Origin: Sandaracinaceae bacterium
GTDB taxonomy: Bacteria > Myxococcota_A > Polyangia > Polyangiales > Sandaracinaceae
Assembly (NCBI GenBank): GCA_044220955.1
Contig: JBGAQA010000004.1
Coordinates: forward strand, 1-64,000
Direction of reading: 5' to 3'
Length of the DNA stretch: 64,000 nucleotides
Below the pieces are notes generated by a model that ran no database searches, was not told the DNA's origin, and saw only the letters and a program-made list of their open reading frames with translations. A program made the position numbers and the translations under genes. Position 1 is the first letter of the stretch, and every line of letters begins with the position of its first letter. This document shows positions 19,574 through 29,211 of the stretch, in pieces.

Positions 19574-21181
19574 GTGACCGAGGAGTCCCCGAAGGCGGCG
19601 AGCGAGGCGGGCGGGCGGGCCTCGCTCACGCGGAGCGCCGGGATCGTCGCGGCGGGGACGCTCGTCTCGCGCGTGCTCGGCGCGGCGCGCGACGCGGTGT
19701 TCGCGGCGTGCTTCCCGGTCGAGGGCACCGACGCGTTCTTCGTCGCGTTCACGATCCCCAACGCGCTCCGCGGCCTGCTCGCCGACGGCGCCGTCTCGAG
19801 CGCGTTCATCCCGACGTACACGGACGTGCGCGCGAAGGAGGGCGACGAGGCCGCCAAGACGTTCTACGCGCGCCTCAGCGGCGCGATGCTCGCCGTCCTC
19901 GCGCTCGTCTCCGTGAGCGGCGTCGTGGCGGCGCCCGCGCTGGTCACCGCGTACGCCGAGGGCTACGCCGACGATCCGAGGCTCTTCGCGGACACGGTCA
20001 CGCTCACGCGGATCGTGTTCCCGTACATCTTCTTCATGGGCGCGGCGGCGCTCGGCACGGGCTTGCTCAACGCGCACCAGCGCTTCGCCGTGCCCGCGCT
20101 CGCGCCCGCGCTGCTGAACGTGGCGCTCATCGCGGCGCCCTTCGTGCTCGTCGGGCCCGCCGTGTCGATGGGGCTGCCGCCGATCGCGAGCCTCTCGATC
20201 GCGGCGATCGTGGGCGGCGTGCTCCAGATGGTCGCGCAGTGGCCGGCGCTCGCGAAGCTCGGCGCCTTCTCGCTCCCCCGCATCGACCTGCGGGACGAGC
20301 GCGTGCGGCGCGCGCTCGCGCTGCTCGGGCCGCTCGCGATCGGCCTCGGCATCTACCAGGTCAACGTGATGCTCTCGCGGCTGTTCACGTCCTACCTGCC
20401 GGCCGGCGCGCAGAGCTACCTCTACTACGGGCAGCGCCTCGTCGAGATCCCGCAGGGCATGTTCGCGCTCGCGATCGCGTCCGCCGCGCTCCCGACGCTC
20501 GCCGACCTGCACAGCCGCGGGCAGACGGACGAGCTCAAGAAGGTCTTCGCGTTCGCGCTGCGCTCGAGCCTCTTCATCGGCGTGCCAGCGACGGTCGCGC
20601 TCGTGGTGCTCGCCGAGCCGATCGTGTCGGTGCTCTTCCAGCGCGGCGCGTTCGACCGCCACGACGCGCTCGAGACGGCTCGCTCGCTCGCGTGGCAGGG
20701 CGCGGGCGTGTGGGCGATCGCGTGCGTGCGCGTGGTGGTGCCCATGTTCTACGCGCACGGCGACACGCGCACGCCGCTCGCCGGGAGCGCGACCAACCTC
20801 GTGGCGTTCGTCGGCCTCGCGCTCGCGCTCCGCGGATCGATGGGGCACGCGGGCATCGCGGTGGCGATCAGCGCGGCGGGCGTCGTGCAGCTCCTCGTCC
20901 TGATGATCCTCTTGCGCCGCAAGCTCGGCCGCCTCGGCCTCGCGAGCGTCGCCGCGAGCGCCGCGCGCATCGGCGCGGGCGCCATCGCGATGGGCGCCGC
21001 GGGCGTGGGCGTCGCCCAGCTCGGCGACTGGTCGCGCGGCGGCAACGACCTCGGCAACGCCCTCGTGCTCGCGCTGGCGCTCACGGCGGCGGGCGTGGCC
21101 TACGTCGTGGTGCTCCTAGCGCTGAGGGCGCCGGAGCTCGCCGACGTGCTCGCCGCCGTGCGGCGCCGCGTCCGTCGCTGA
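19574..21181 (+). CDS. murJ: Lipid II flippase MurJ/MviN
   Basis: SRVLGAARD, AFTIPNALR, FIP, YYGQRLVEIP, FYAHGDTRTP. Confidence 0.93.
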   Translation: MTEESPKAASEAGGRASLTRSAGIVAAGTLVSRVLGAARDAVFAACFPVEGTDAFFVAFTIPNALRGLLADGAVSSAFIPTYTDVRAKEGDEAAKTFYARLSGAMLAVLALVSVSGVVAAPALVTAYAEGYADDPRLFADTVTLTRIVFPYIFFMGAAALGTGLLNAHQRFAVPALAPALLNVALIAAPFVLVGPAVSMGLPPIASLSIAAIVGGVLQMVAQWPALAKLGAFSLPRIDLRDERVRRALALLGPLAIGLGIYQVNVMLSRLFTSYLPAGAQSYLYYGQRLVEIPQGMFALAIASAALPTLADLHSRGQTDELKKVFAFALRSSLFIGVPATVALVVLAEPIVSVLFQRGAFDRHDALETARSLAWQGAGVWAIACVRVVVPMFYAHGDTRTPLAGSATNLVAFVGLALALRGSMGHAGIAVAISAAGVVQLLVLMILLRRKLGRLGLASVAASAARIGAGAIAMGAAGVGVAQLGDWSRGGNDLGNALVLALALTAAGVAYVVVLLALRAPELADVLAAVRRRVRR

Positions 21182-21236
21182 CGGAGCGCTCGACGCTGCG
21201 CTCGATCCGACCGACGCCTCGTGCGAGCATCCGCGC

Positions 21237-21542
21237 ATGAAGCGGATCGTGCTCGGCGCCGCGGTGCTCGGCCTCCTCGTCGGTTGTCAGTCGCGCGCGG
21301 AGGGCCTTCGAGCGCTCTGCGACGCGCCGCGCGACTGCCCGGAGTGCATGTCGGCTCCGCCCGAGCTGCAGGCCGTGCTCCTGTCGACGTACATCGACGA
21401 TCACCTCTCGAACGGCGAGGTCCGCGATCTCTTCCAGCACCTGCCGCAGGTCGACCCGGCGCAGCGCGTCGTCCTCGTCCGCGACGCCGCGGCTGCCGAG
21501 GGCATCACGGAGTGTCCGCTGCTCGACGTGTGGGGACACTGA
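21237..21542 (+). CDS. Small lipoprotein
   Basis: Lipobox LVGC; Cys pairs. Confidence 0.65.
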   Translation: MKRIVLGAAVLGLLVGCQSRAEGLRALCDAPRDCPECMSAPPELQAVLLSTYIDDHLSNGEVRDLFQHLPQVDPAQRVVLVRDAAAAEGITECPLLDVWGH

Positions 21543-21770
21543 CGATCGCGTCAGCGCGAGGTGCGCCGACGGCGCTCGCGCATGTGCCTCCGACGATCGG
21601 GCCCTGACGCCCCGTCACCTCCGTCGCCGGCGGATCGGGCGCACCCGTCGGTCGTCGCTCCGCGCGATGCTCGATGGCTCGCGCGATCGGAGCCTCCGCC
21701 ACGTCGAGATGTGCGGCACCTGCACTTCCGTCGCGCCCGTGCGCACGCCGCTCGCCGCGCAGCTTCCCGA

Positions 21771-23252
21771 TCAGTTCCCGTACCCGAGCGCGCGGAGCTG
21801 CGCGCGCTGCTCGTCCGTGAGCTGGATCGGCGCGGTGGTCGACGCCGGGCGGTGCGTGGCGGCCTCTTCGATCGCCTGCTGCATCCGCAGACGCAGCTCG
21901 GCGGCGACGTCGGGCTCGCTCGCGAGCAGGTTGTGCATCTCGCGGGGGTCGGCCTCGAGATCGAAGAGGCCCTGCACCGGATCGGGCGAGACGCGCTCGC
22001 CGTACTTGTAGCGCCCCGCGACGATCGCCTGCACGACCTCGCTGCGTCCCGTCTCGATGATCAGGTCGCGCAGCTCGAGCGCCTCGCCGCGCGTCGCGGG
22101 CAGGAGCGAGCGGCCGGGCGTGCCCTCGGGCGGCGTGCGCTGCGCGACGTCGACGAGCGTCGGGAGCAGATCGATGAGCGAGACGGGCGTGGGGACCAGG
22201 CCCGGCGTCTGTCCCGGGACGGCGATCACGAGGGGCACGCGCGCGACCTCGTCGAACGCGGTGTGCCCGTGGCCCAGGCGGAAGTGGTCGTGGAACTCCT
22301 CGCCGTGGTCGGCCGCGACGACGACCACGAGGTGGCCGTCGTCGATGCGCGCGAGCAGCTCCGCGAGGTAGTCGTCGGCCGCGCGGACCTCCGAGTCGTA
22401 CGCGGCGACCGCGTAGCCGATGCCGTCCGCGATCGTGACGTGCTCCTGGATCAGGCGGGCGTCGAGGAACTCGGCGAGCTCGATCGTGTCGATGAACGGG
22501 TAGCGCGGCCGATCGGGCGGCCAGAACGTGTCGAAGATCGGCCCCGTCGGCACGTAGGGCGCGTGCGGCTCCACGAGGTGGACCCAGAGCAGGTAGGGCG
22601 TGTCCCCCGCGACGAGCCCGTCGAGCTGCTCGGCGACGCGCGGCCGCACGTCCGCGAGCGTCGCGAAGTTCAGGCACGCGTACGAGTCGAACCCGCGCCC
22701 GAAGCCCTGAAGGTCGGTGAGGTGCACGTTCGCTGTCACGCCGACGGTGCGGTAGCCGGCGGCGTGCAGCTCGGCGGCGAACGTGGGCAGCGAGGGCGAG
22801 AGCACCTCCTGGCCGAGCACCTGCGCGTCGACACGCAGGCCGTGCTGGACGCCGTGCGCGCTCGGCAGCACGCCGGTCACGATCGACGCGACGGAGGGCA
22901 CGGTCCACGTCGAGGCTGCGTACGCGCGCTCGAAGCGGGTGCCGCGCGCCGCGAGGGCGTCGATCGTCGGGCTCGTCGCTCGCTCGTAGCCGTAGCTCGA
23001 GAGGTGATCGGCGCGCAGCGTGTCGATCGTGAAGAGCAGGATGTCCGGGCGCGGATCGGTACGCGCAGCGCGCTGGATCAGCACGCGCTCCGTCGGTGGC
23101 GGAGCTTCGAGCGCGGTCGTCGGCGCCGGATCCGTCGTGGTCGTGGGCGGCGCCGTCTCGGAAGAGGGCCCGAGCTGCGAGACCACGAACACGGCGAGGA
23201 CGACGAGCACGCCCCCGAGCACGGCACGCAGCGCGTTCGGCGACGCGCGCAT
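21771..23252 (-). CDS. Membrane-anchored sulfatase-family protein
   Basis: IDTLRADHL, WTVPSVAS, EPHAPY, ADHGEEF, LRALGY. Confidence 0.88.
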   Translation of the reverse strand: MRASPNALRAVLGGVLVVLAVFVVSQLGPSSETAPPTTTTDPAPTTALEAPPPTERVLIQRAARTDPRPDILLFTIDTLRADHLSSYGYERATSPTIDALAARGTRFERAYAASTWTVPSVASIVTGVLPSAHGVQHGLRVDAQVLGQEVLSPSLPTFAAELHAAGYRTVGVTANVHLTDLQGFGRGFDSYACLNFATLADVRPRVAEQLDGLVAGDTPYLLWVHLVEPHAPYVPTGPIFDTFWPPDRPRYPFIDTIELAEFLDARLIQEHVTIADGIGYAVAAYDSEVRAADDYLAELLARIDDGHLVVVVAADHGEEFHDHFRLGHGHTAFDEVARVPLVIAVPGQTPGLVPTPVSLIDLLPTLVDVAQRTPPEGTPGRSLLPATRGEALELRDLIIETGRSEVVQAIVAGRYKYGERVSPDPVQGLFDLEADPREMHNLLASEPDVAAELRLRMQQAIEEAATHRPASTTAPIQLTDEQRAQLRALGYGN

Positions 23253-23255
23253 GCG

Positions 23256-24431
23256 TCAGGCGAACTTTCCGCTCGCGAAGACGTGGCCGAGCAGCTGGTC
23301 GACGCGCTGGATGGCCTCCTGCGCCGGCCGCGTGTCCATCGCGGAGAGCGCGGCCTTGATCTCGTTCAGCGCCTTCAGCTGGCTGAAGAGCTGGATGTCG
23401 GAGAGCGGCCGCTCGCCCGTCAGGAGATCACGGATGCGGTTGATCTCGGTGACGAGCGCGTCGATGCCCACGTCCACGGCGCCGCTGCGCCGCGCCTGGG
23501 GGTGGTCGCGGTACCAGCTCTCGAGCACGCCGCCGACGATGCCGTCGAGGATCTCGGCCTGATCGAGGTTGTTCCACGCGTGCTTGAGCAGGAAGAAGTC
23601 GCTCGGATCGGGCGCGGGGCGGCCGTCGACGAGCGCGCTCGCGGCGAAGAGCTTGAGCATCTTCACGGCGCGGCGATCCGAGAGGCTCACGCCCTCGGCG
23701 CGGATCTGGAAGACGAGCCCCTTGTACTGCGCGAGGAAGTCCTCGGGCACCTTCCGCAGGCGCTCGCCGAGCGAGAGGTGCAGCGCGTGCAGGTCGGCCG
23801 CGCTCAGCACCGGCTGCGTGCGGTCGTAGCTGCCGTCGATCTTGCTGACCTCGTGGGCCAGACCGCGCACGAGCAGATCCTGGAAGTGGTAGCTGTCGAG
23901 GTTGTCGCTCCGCAGGCGGATGAGGAAGCGATCGAAGACCGCCATCAGCTCCTCGTCGTTCGGCACCTCGTTCGACGCGCCGAAGCACGAGAGCAGGGGC
24001 ACCTTGACGACGCTGCCGCCGACCGTGAAGAGGCGCTCGTTCAGCACGCCGAGCAGCGAGTTCAGGATCGCGCTGTTGGCCTTGAAGATCTCGTCGAGGA
24101 AGACGATCTCGCCCGTGGGCAGCATCCCCTCGGTGCGGCGCTGGTAGGTGCCCGCACGGAACGCCTGGATGTCGATCGGGCCGAAGATCTCGTTCGGCTC
24201 GGTGAAGCGCGTGAGCAGGTACTCGAAGTAGCGTGCGTCGACGAGCTTGGCGAACATGCGCACGAGCGCGCTCTTGGCGGTGCCCGGCGGGCCGACGAGG
24301 AGCATGTGCTCGCCGGCGCACGCGGCGACCAGCATGAGCCGCACGGTCTCGGACTTCCCGAGGAAGGTCGCCTCCAGCGTGCGCGACACCTGACCGAGGC
24401 GCCTGACGATCTCGGGAACCGGGAGAGCCAC
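23256..24431 (-). CDS. MoxR/RavA-like AAA+ ATPase
   Basis: Walker A GPPGTAKS, YLLTRFTEPNEIFGP, FLDEIFKANSAILNSLL, ASNE, SDRR. Confidence 0.9.
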   Translation of the reverse strand: MALPVPEIVRRLGQVSRTLEATFLGKSETVRLMLVAACAGEHMLLVGPPGTAKSALVRMFAKLVDARYFEYLLTRFTEPNEIFGPIDIQAFRAGTYQRRTEGMLPTGEIVFLDEIFKANSAILNSLLGVLNERLFTVGGSVVKVPLLSCFGASNEVPNDEELMAVFDRFLIRLRSDNLDSYHFQDLLVRGLAHEVSKIDGSYDRTQPVLSAADLHALHLSLGERLRKVPEDFLAQYKGLVFQIRAEGVSLSDRRAVKMLKLFAASALVDGRPAPDPSDFFLLKHAWNNLDQAEILDGIVGGVLESWYRDHPQARRSGAVDVGIDALVTEINRIRDLLTGERPLSDIQLFSQLKALNEIKAALSAMDTRPAQEAIQRVDQLLGHVFASGKFA

Positions 24432-24471
24432 GCGCTGCTTTTATCACGCCGGGGTGAGCTACGCTGGGCTC

Positions 24472-25272
24472 GTGGCCTTCCGGGACGATCGCGAGGCGCT
24501 GTCCGAGCGGATCGCGAAGCTCGAGCGCGAGCTCGCGGCGGGGGAGCGTGCGGCCGAGGACGCGGCGCGCGCCCTCGCCGAGCAAGCGGCGCTGAAGGCG
24601 CAGCTGCGCGCGATCACCGAGGAGCGCGACCAGCTCCGGGCCGGCGCGGGCGCGCTCGTGCAGCGGACGCGGCGCACGTTCGCGGCGTTCGCGCTCGTGT
24701 CGGCGGTCGCGGCCGCCGGGATCGTCGTCGCGCAGCAGAACGAGCTCGCCGCGGAGCGCGCCGCCCACGCGCGCGACAGCGCCGAGCTGCGGGCGGAGGT
24801 CGGGGCGACCCAGCTCGAGCGCGATCGCGCGCGCGACGAGGCGACGCGCGCCGTGCAGCGCCTGGAGGCGCGCAGCGAGTGGCCCCCCTCTCCGTCCCCT
24901 CCGGCCGTCCCCTCGGACGGTCCTTCGCCGAGCCGGCGGACCTACGCGGGGACTCTGGTCACGCGCATCGGGCGCGCGCCCGAGACGGTGGGTGCGCGAT
25001 GCTCGGTCGTCATCGACTACGAGTCGTGGGCGCACGACTGCCGCGCGACGGTCACGTGCGGCGAGATCAACCTCTACCCCGGCGCCGGCGAGGGGTTCTT
25101 CCGGTGCACCGCGCGCGACGGTTCCGTCGTCCGCGGCGAGGACACGCACCCGACCTCGACCTCGCGCGATCCGCGCCTCGATCTCGACCTCGATCGCGGC
25201 ACGATCCTCGTGTCGGACACCGGGCCCGACTGGTCAGTCACCGTCCGCATCGTGCCGGACGTCCCCATCTGA
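24472..25272 (+). CDS. Hypothetical membrane protein with coiled coils
   Basis: AFRDDREAL coiled-coil start, one TM, Cys-containing C-terminal domain. Confidence 0.6.
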   Translation: MAFRDDREALSERIAKLERELAAGERAAEDAARALAEQAALKAQLRAITEERDQLRAGAGALVQRTRRTFAAFALVSAVAAAGIVVAQQNELAAERAAHARDSAELRAEVGATQLERDRARDEATRAVQRLEARSEWPPSPSPPAVPSDGPSPSRRTYAGTLVTRIGRAPETVGARCSVVIDYESWAHDCRATVTCGEINLYPGAGEGFFRCTARDGSVVRGEDTHPTSTSRDPRLDLDLDRGTILVSDTGPDWSVTVRIVPDVPI

Positions 25273-25277
25273 GGCCC

Positions 25278-26183
25278 GTGCATCGCCGCATCGCCCCGCT
25301 CCTCGCGCTCCTCGCGTCGCTCGCGGCCGCTCCGGCCTGGGCGCAGGATCGCGACGGCGATCGCGTCCTCGACGCCGTCGATCTCTGCCCCGACGCGAGC
25401 GAGGGCGAGCGCACGGTCTTTCCGGGCGACGGCTGTCCCGACACCGACGGCGACCACGACGGAGTGGTCGACGACTACGACGCGTGCCCGGGGGCGGCCG
25501 AGACGGCGAACGGGCTGCGGGACCTCGACGGCTGCCCGGACGAACCGAGCGCGCCGCCGCCGCTCGTCGGCACGCCCGGGGCGGACCCGACGCGGGTCGG
25601 GTGCTTCGAGGGCGCGGCGCTGCTGGACGTCGCGGGTGGCGCCAGCGGCTCGACGCAGCTGCTCCCCCGCGAGGACGCGCCCGCGTGGATGGGGACGTCG
25701 CCGCTCGAGTGCTACGCGGCCGTGTCGTACGACGGGCGCCACGCGATCCACTGTGCCTCTGCCGACGGCACGGCCGAGGCGACCCTTGCGCTGCGCGTGG
25801 AAGGGGGCGCGGCGATCGGCGTCGTGGCGTTCCGCTCTTCGCACGGGCTCGACCATCGCCCGTGGAGCGGCCGTGCGCTCCCCTCGTTCGACCGCGAGCG
25901 CGTGGCCGAGATGGTCGCGGCGCAGGGCGAGGCGCTCGGGGCTTGCTACGAGCAGGTGCTCGTGCGCACGCCGGGCCTCGCCGGCCGGGTGACGGTCCGC
26001 CTCACGGTGACGCCGACGGGCGCGCTCACCGACGTGCGCGTCGCGAGCGACACGCTCTGGCCCGCGCGCCCCGAGGTCGGCGAGTGCATCGTTCGCGTCG
26101 TGGCGCCGCTCGTGATCCCCGATCCGCCGCGCTGCCGATCCGTGACGCTCTCGTTCCCGCTCGCGTTCGAGCCCGAGCCCTGA
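25278..26183 (+). CDS. Secreted protein with thrombospondin type 3 repeats and AgmX/TonB-C-like domain
   Basis: AWA/Q signal; DRDGD…DLCPD, DGCPD repeats; ACYEQ…LAGRVTVRL…ECIVR…SFPL. Confidence 0.75.
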   Translation: MHRRIAPLLALLASLAAAPAWAQDRDGDRVLDAVDLCPDASEGERTVFPGDGCPDTDGDHDGVVDDYDACPGAAETANGLRDLDGCPDEPSAPPPLVGTPGADPTRVGCFEGAALLDVAGGASGSTQLLPREDAPAWMGTSPLECYAAVSYDGRHAIHCASADGTAEATLALRVEGGAAIGVVAFRSSHGLDHRPWSGRALPSFDRERVAEMVAAQGEALGACYEQVLVRTPGLAGRVTVRLTVTPTGALTDVRVASDTLWPARPEVGECIVRVVAPLVIPDPPRCRSVTLSFPLAFEPEP

Positions 26184-26203
26184 TCGCCTCGAGAAGCCGT
26201 CGC

Positions 26204-26366
26204 GGGGTCACTCCACGGGGTCGCAACCACCTGAATTCGAAGGATTCCTGCGGGTAGGTGCGCGATTCGCATTCGACGCTGCGTTTGCAGGCGGTTCCGA
26301 GAAAACGCGCACCTAGCCGCCGGTTCGCCGTGATGTCGCGGGGTTGGATGGGTATGGAGTGACCCC
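26204..26366. mobile_element. MITE/REPIN-like non-coding element, 163 bp
   Basis: Perfect 12-bp terminal IR GGGGTCACTCCA (26204-26215) / TGGAGTGACCCC (26355-26366); inner IR TAGGTGCGCG (26255-26264) / CGCGCACCTA (26306-26315). Confidence 0.7.
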
Positions 26367-26369
26367 CAC

Positions 26370-28865
26370 TCAGCCCTCGAAGAGATAGCAGGCGCCGGAG
26401 GTGCTCGCGCCGTTCGATGCGCCGCTGCCGTCGACACCCGTGGCGGCCGAGTCCTCGGTCTCCGCGCCCACCACGATGGTCACTCCGGAGACGTCGACGC
26501 TGCGCCCGAAGTGGTCCATCGGGTCGGTGTTGGAGGCCTTGAGGTACTCGGCCGACGACCACGCGCTGCCGGTCCGCGTCAGCACGTACGCGGCGCCGGC
26601 CGCGGGGTCCGCCGTGCTCGCCGCGTTGCCCTCGACGCCGGTGGCGTCGCTCGCCTCGCCGACCGCTCCGATCACGATCACGTCGCCGTCGATGGCCACT
26701 GCGCCGCCGAAGAGCCAGCCCGCGGCGCCGTTCGACGCCTTGAGGTACGCCTGCGGCGACCACGTCGCGCCGCTGCGGACGAACACGTACGCGGCTCCAG
26801 CGTTGGCCGCCGCGTCGTTCGTGCCGTCGCCGCCGACGGTGCGGGCGCTGCTGTCCTCGTCGGGCGCGCCGACGACGATGGTATCTGCCGAGATCGCGAC
26901 GGACGCGCCGAACCAGTCGCCGGCGCCCGTGTTGGTGGCCTTGAGGTAGCCCTGGCTCGCCCACGCGCTCCCGGTCCGGAAGTAGACGTACGCCGCGCCG
27001 GCGCCCGCCGCCGCGTTGCTGGCCTGCGAGCCGCCCACCCCCATCGCCGCGCTCGCCTCGCCGATCGCACCGACCACCACGGTGTTGCCCGAGATGGCGA
27101 CGCTCCACCCGAACACGTCGCCCGCGTCCGTGTTGGTCGCCTTCACGTACGCCTGCTGGGACCACGTCGTCCCGCTCCGCGCGAACACGTAGGCGGCGCC
27201 GGCGTCCATGCGCGAGTTGCTCGCCTGCGAGCCCCCGACCCCGGTGGCGGAGCTGTCCTCGTAGGGGGCGCCGACGACGATCGTGTCGCCGGAGATCGCG
27301 ACCGCGTGCCCGAGCTCGTCGCCGCCGTCCGTGTTCGTGACCTTGAGGTAGGCCTGCTGCGACCACGCGACGCCCGTGCGGACGAACACGTACGCGGCGC
27401 CCGCGTCGGCCGCGCCGTTCGTCTGCGGCCCGTTCACGGTGGTGGCCGGGCCGTCCTCCAGCGGCGCGCCCACGACGATGGTGTCGCCCGAGATCGCCAC
27501 GCTCGTGCCGAACTGGTCGCCCGCCTCGGCGTTGCTCGGCTTCAGGTAGGCCTGCTGCACCCAGGTGCCTCCCGCGCGGACGAACACGTACGCCGCGCCC
27601 GCGTCCGTCGCCCCGTTGTTGGTCGCGTCGCCGTCGATGGTGGTGGCCGCGCTGTCCTCGAGGGGTGCGCCCACCACCATCGTGTCGCCGTCGATCGCGA
27701 CGCTGATGCCGAGCTGATCGCCCATGCCCGTGTTGCTGGCCTTCACGTAGTGCCCTGGCGCGAAGCCGCGCACGATCGTGACCGTGTAGCTGCGGCTCGC
27801 GCCGCCGAGGGCGGTGACGACGACGCTGTGCGCGCTCGCCCCGAGCGGGAGCGTCGGCGAGGTCCACGGGGTCCCCGACGGAACGGTCGAGCCGTCGACC
27901 GTGATCGTGGCGTCGGAGGGCATCGGGCCGTCGTGCGCGACGACGAAGCTCACCGATGCGCTCGTGAGCGGCACGCTCAGCCGGTACGCGGTCACACCCG
28001 GGCCGAACGCGGGGGCGAGCGTCCCGGCCCCCGGCGCCAGGGTGGCGAGCGCGGGCGCGTTCCAGAGGCACGTGCTCGGCCCGGTGTGTGACCAGGCGCC
28101 GTCGTCGCCGGCGCCCAGCACGCCGCAGTCGATCTCACAGGCGCCGGCCACGCAGATCGTGACCCCACCGGTCGGCATCGGGCACGCGCCGCAGCCGCCG
28201 TCGGACCCCGCGGCGTCGGGAGCCAGGAACGCGTCGGGCGCTGCGGGTGCGTCGGCCCCGGCGTCGTCGGGCGGAGCGACGTACGCGTCGGTCGCGCTCG
28301 CGTCGTCCGACCACGCGTCCCGCTGCATCGAGGTCGCGTCGACCGCGGCGTCGTCGGGGGCCGCGTCGAGCGCCGCCGCGTCGGGCGTGGAGGCGTCCGT
28401 CTCCGGACGCGGGACGCACGCGTCGCCCTCGCACACCCCATCGGGGCAGCGGACCACGGTGCCGCACGCGTTGACGCACTGACCGAGGCGACAGACGAAG
28501 CCGCTCGCGCACGCGGTACCGCCCTCGCAGTCATCGACGACCGCGAGCGAGCACGCGCTCCCACCGCCGCTCGGGTCGGCGAGGCAGCGCGCGCCCGCTG
28601 GGCAGTCCCTGCTCGTGACGCACTCGCTGCGGCATCGCCCGACGGCGCACACCAGCGGCGCGCTGCAGTCCGACGCCCGGGAGCACACGGCGCCCGGGGC
28701 GGTGCCCGCCTGACAGCCGAGCGCCAGAACCGCCAAGAGCGCGCCGCGCGCCGCGAGCTCGCGTCCCCGCCACGCGATCTCCCGACCGGAGAGCTCGCCA
28801 GGGAGGTCCCGGACGGAAGCGGGCGCAGCCCGCGGACGGGAGGGGCCGGAGCGGCGAGCCGACAC
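26370..28865 (-). CDS. Lipoprotein with Cys-rich region, cadherin-like sandwich and FG-GAP/integrin-like beta-propeller repeats
   Basis: Lipobox ALGC; about six repeats YLKASNT…DxFGxSVAISGDTIVVGA…AGAAYVF. The start lies inside repeat copy C and is uncertain. Confidence 0.85.
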   Translation of the reverse strand: MSARRSGPSRPRAAPASVRDLPGELSGREIAWRGRELAARGALLAVLALGCQAGTAPGAVCSRASDCSAPLVCAVGRCRSECVTSRDCPAGARCLADPSGGGSACSLAVVDDCEGGTACASGFVCRLGQCVNACGTVVRCPDGVCEGDACVPRPETDASTPDAAALDAAPDDAAVDATSMQRDAWSDDASATDAYVAPPDDAGADAPAAPDAFLAPDAAGSDGGCGACPMPTGGVTICVAGACEIDCGVLGAGDDGAWSHTGPSTCLWNAPALATLAPGAGTLAPAFGPGVTAYRLSVPLTSASVSFVVAHDGPMPSDATITVDGSTVPSGTPWTSPTLPLGASAHSVVVTALGGASRSYTVTIVRGFAPGHYVKASNTGMGDQLGISVAIDGDTMVVGAPLEDSAATTIDGDATNNGATDAGAAYVFVRAGGTWVQQAYLKPSNAEAGDQFGTSVAISGDTIVVGAPLEDGPATTVNGPQTNGAADAGAAYVFVRTGVAWSQQAYLKVTNTDGGDELGHAVAISGDTIVVGAPYEDSSATGVGGSQASNSRMDAGAAYVFARSGTTWSQQAYVKATNTDAGDVFGWSVAISGNTVVVGAIGEASAAMGVGGSQASNAAAGAGAAYVYFRTGSAWASQGYLKATNTGAGDWFGASVAISADTIVVGAPDEDSSARTVGGDGTNDAAANAGAAYVFVRSGATWSPQAYLKASNGAAGWLFGGAVAIDGDVIVIGAVGEASDATGVEGNAASTADPAAGAAYVLTRTGSAWSSAEYLKASNTDPMDHFGRSVDVSGVTIVVGAETEDSAATGVDGSGASNGASTSGACYLFEG

Positions 28866-28876
28866 GATTGCTCATC
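28780..28876. repeat. Palindromic dispersed element, copy C
   Basis: Near-identical to copy A (CGACCGGAGAGCTCGCCA…GCGGGCGCAGCCCGC…GCGAGCCGACAC…GCTCATCAGC). Confidence 0.85.
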
Positions 28877-28933
28877 AGCATCGCACGAGGCGCGCGCGTC
28901 GCGCACGCCCCGCTGGAGGGCGCGTGCCCTCGC

Positions 28934-29125
28934 TCACCTCACGTTGTCGGGCTGCCGCGGTCCGGTGTCGTGATCCATTCCCGTGCGCAGGTCGGTGACG
29001 ATCACCCGGATCGTGAAGTCGGCCGGGTTGCTGCTCGCGAGCACCGCGTCGAGCTTGGCCTTGATCGTCACCCGATCGTCGTTGTGGCCGAAGTCGATGA
29101 CTGCGTTGGTCTGCGTGAGTGACAT
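28934..29125 (-). CDS. Small hypothetical protein (63 aa)
   Basis: Purine-rich upstream tract, ATG start, strong GC3 bias. Confidence 0.6.
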   Translation of the reverse strand: MSLTQTNAVIDFGHNDDRVTIKAKLDAVLASSNPADFTIRVIVTDLRTGMDHDTGPRQPDNVR

Positions 29126-29211
29126 GGACGTGCCCTCTCTCTCTGGATGCGCGTGCCGATCCCCCTTGGCCCGGCCGGCGCCCGGACGCTACCACGGAGG
29201 GCGCCGGCCGA

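Noticed and set aside
21561..25277. N-terminal part of the 1540-aa plus-strand ORF
   Set aside because: Shadow frame over the sulfatase, MoxR and 24472 genes; only 25278..26183 looks like a real protein.
26480..27750. Regular ~200-bp repeats suggesting an array
   Set aside because: Coding FG-GAP repeats with synonymous variation; not CRISPR.
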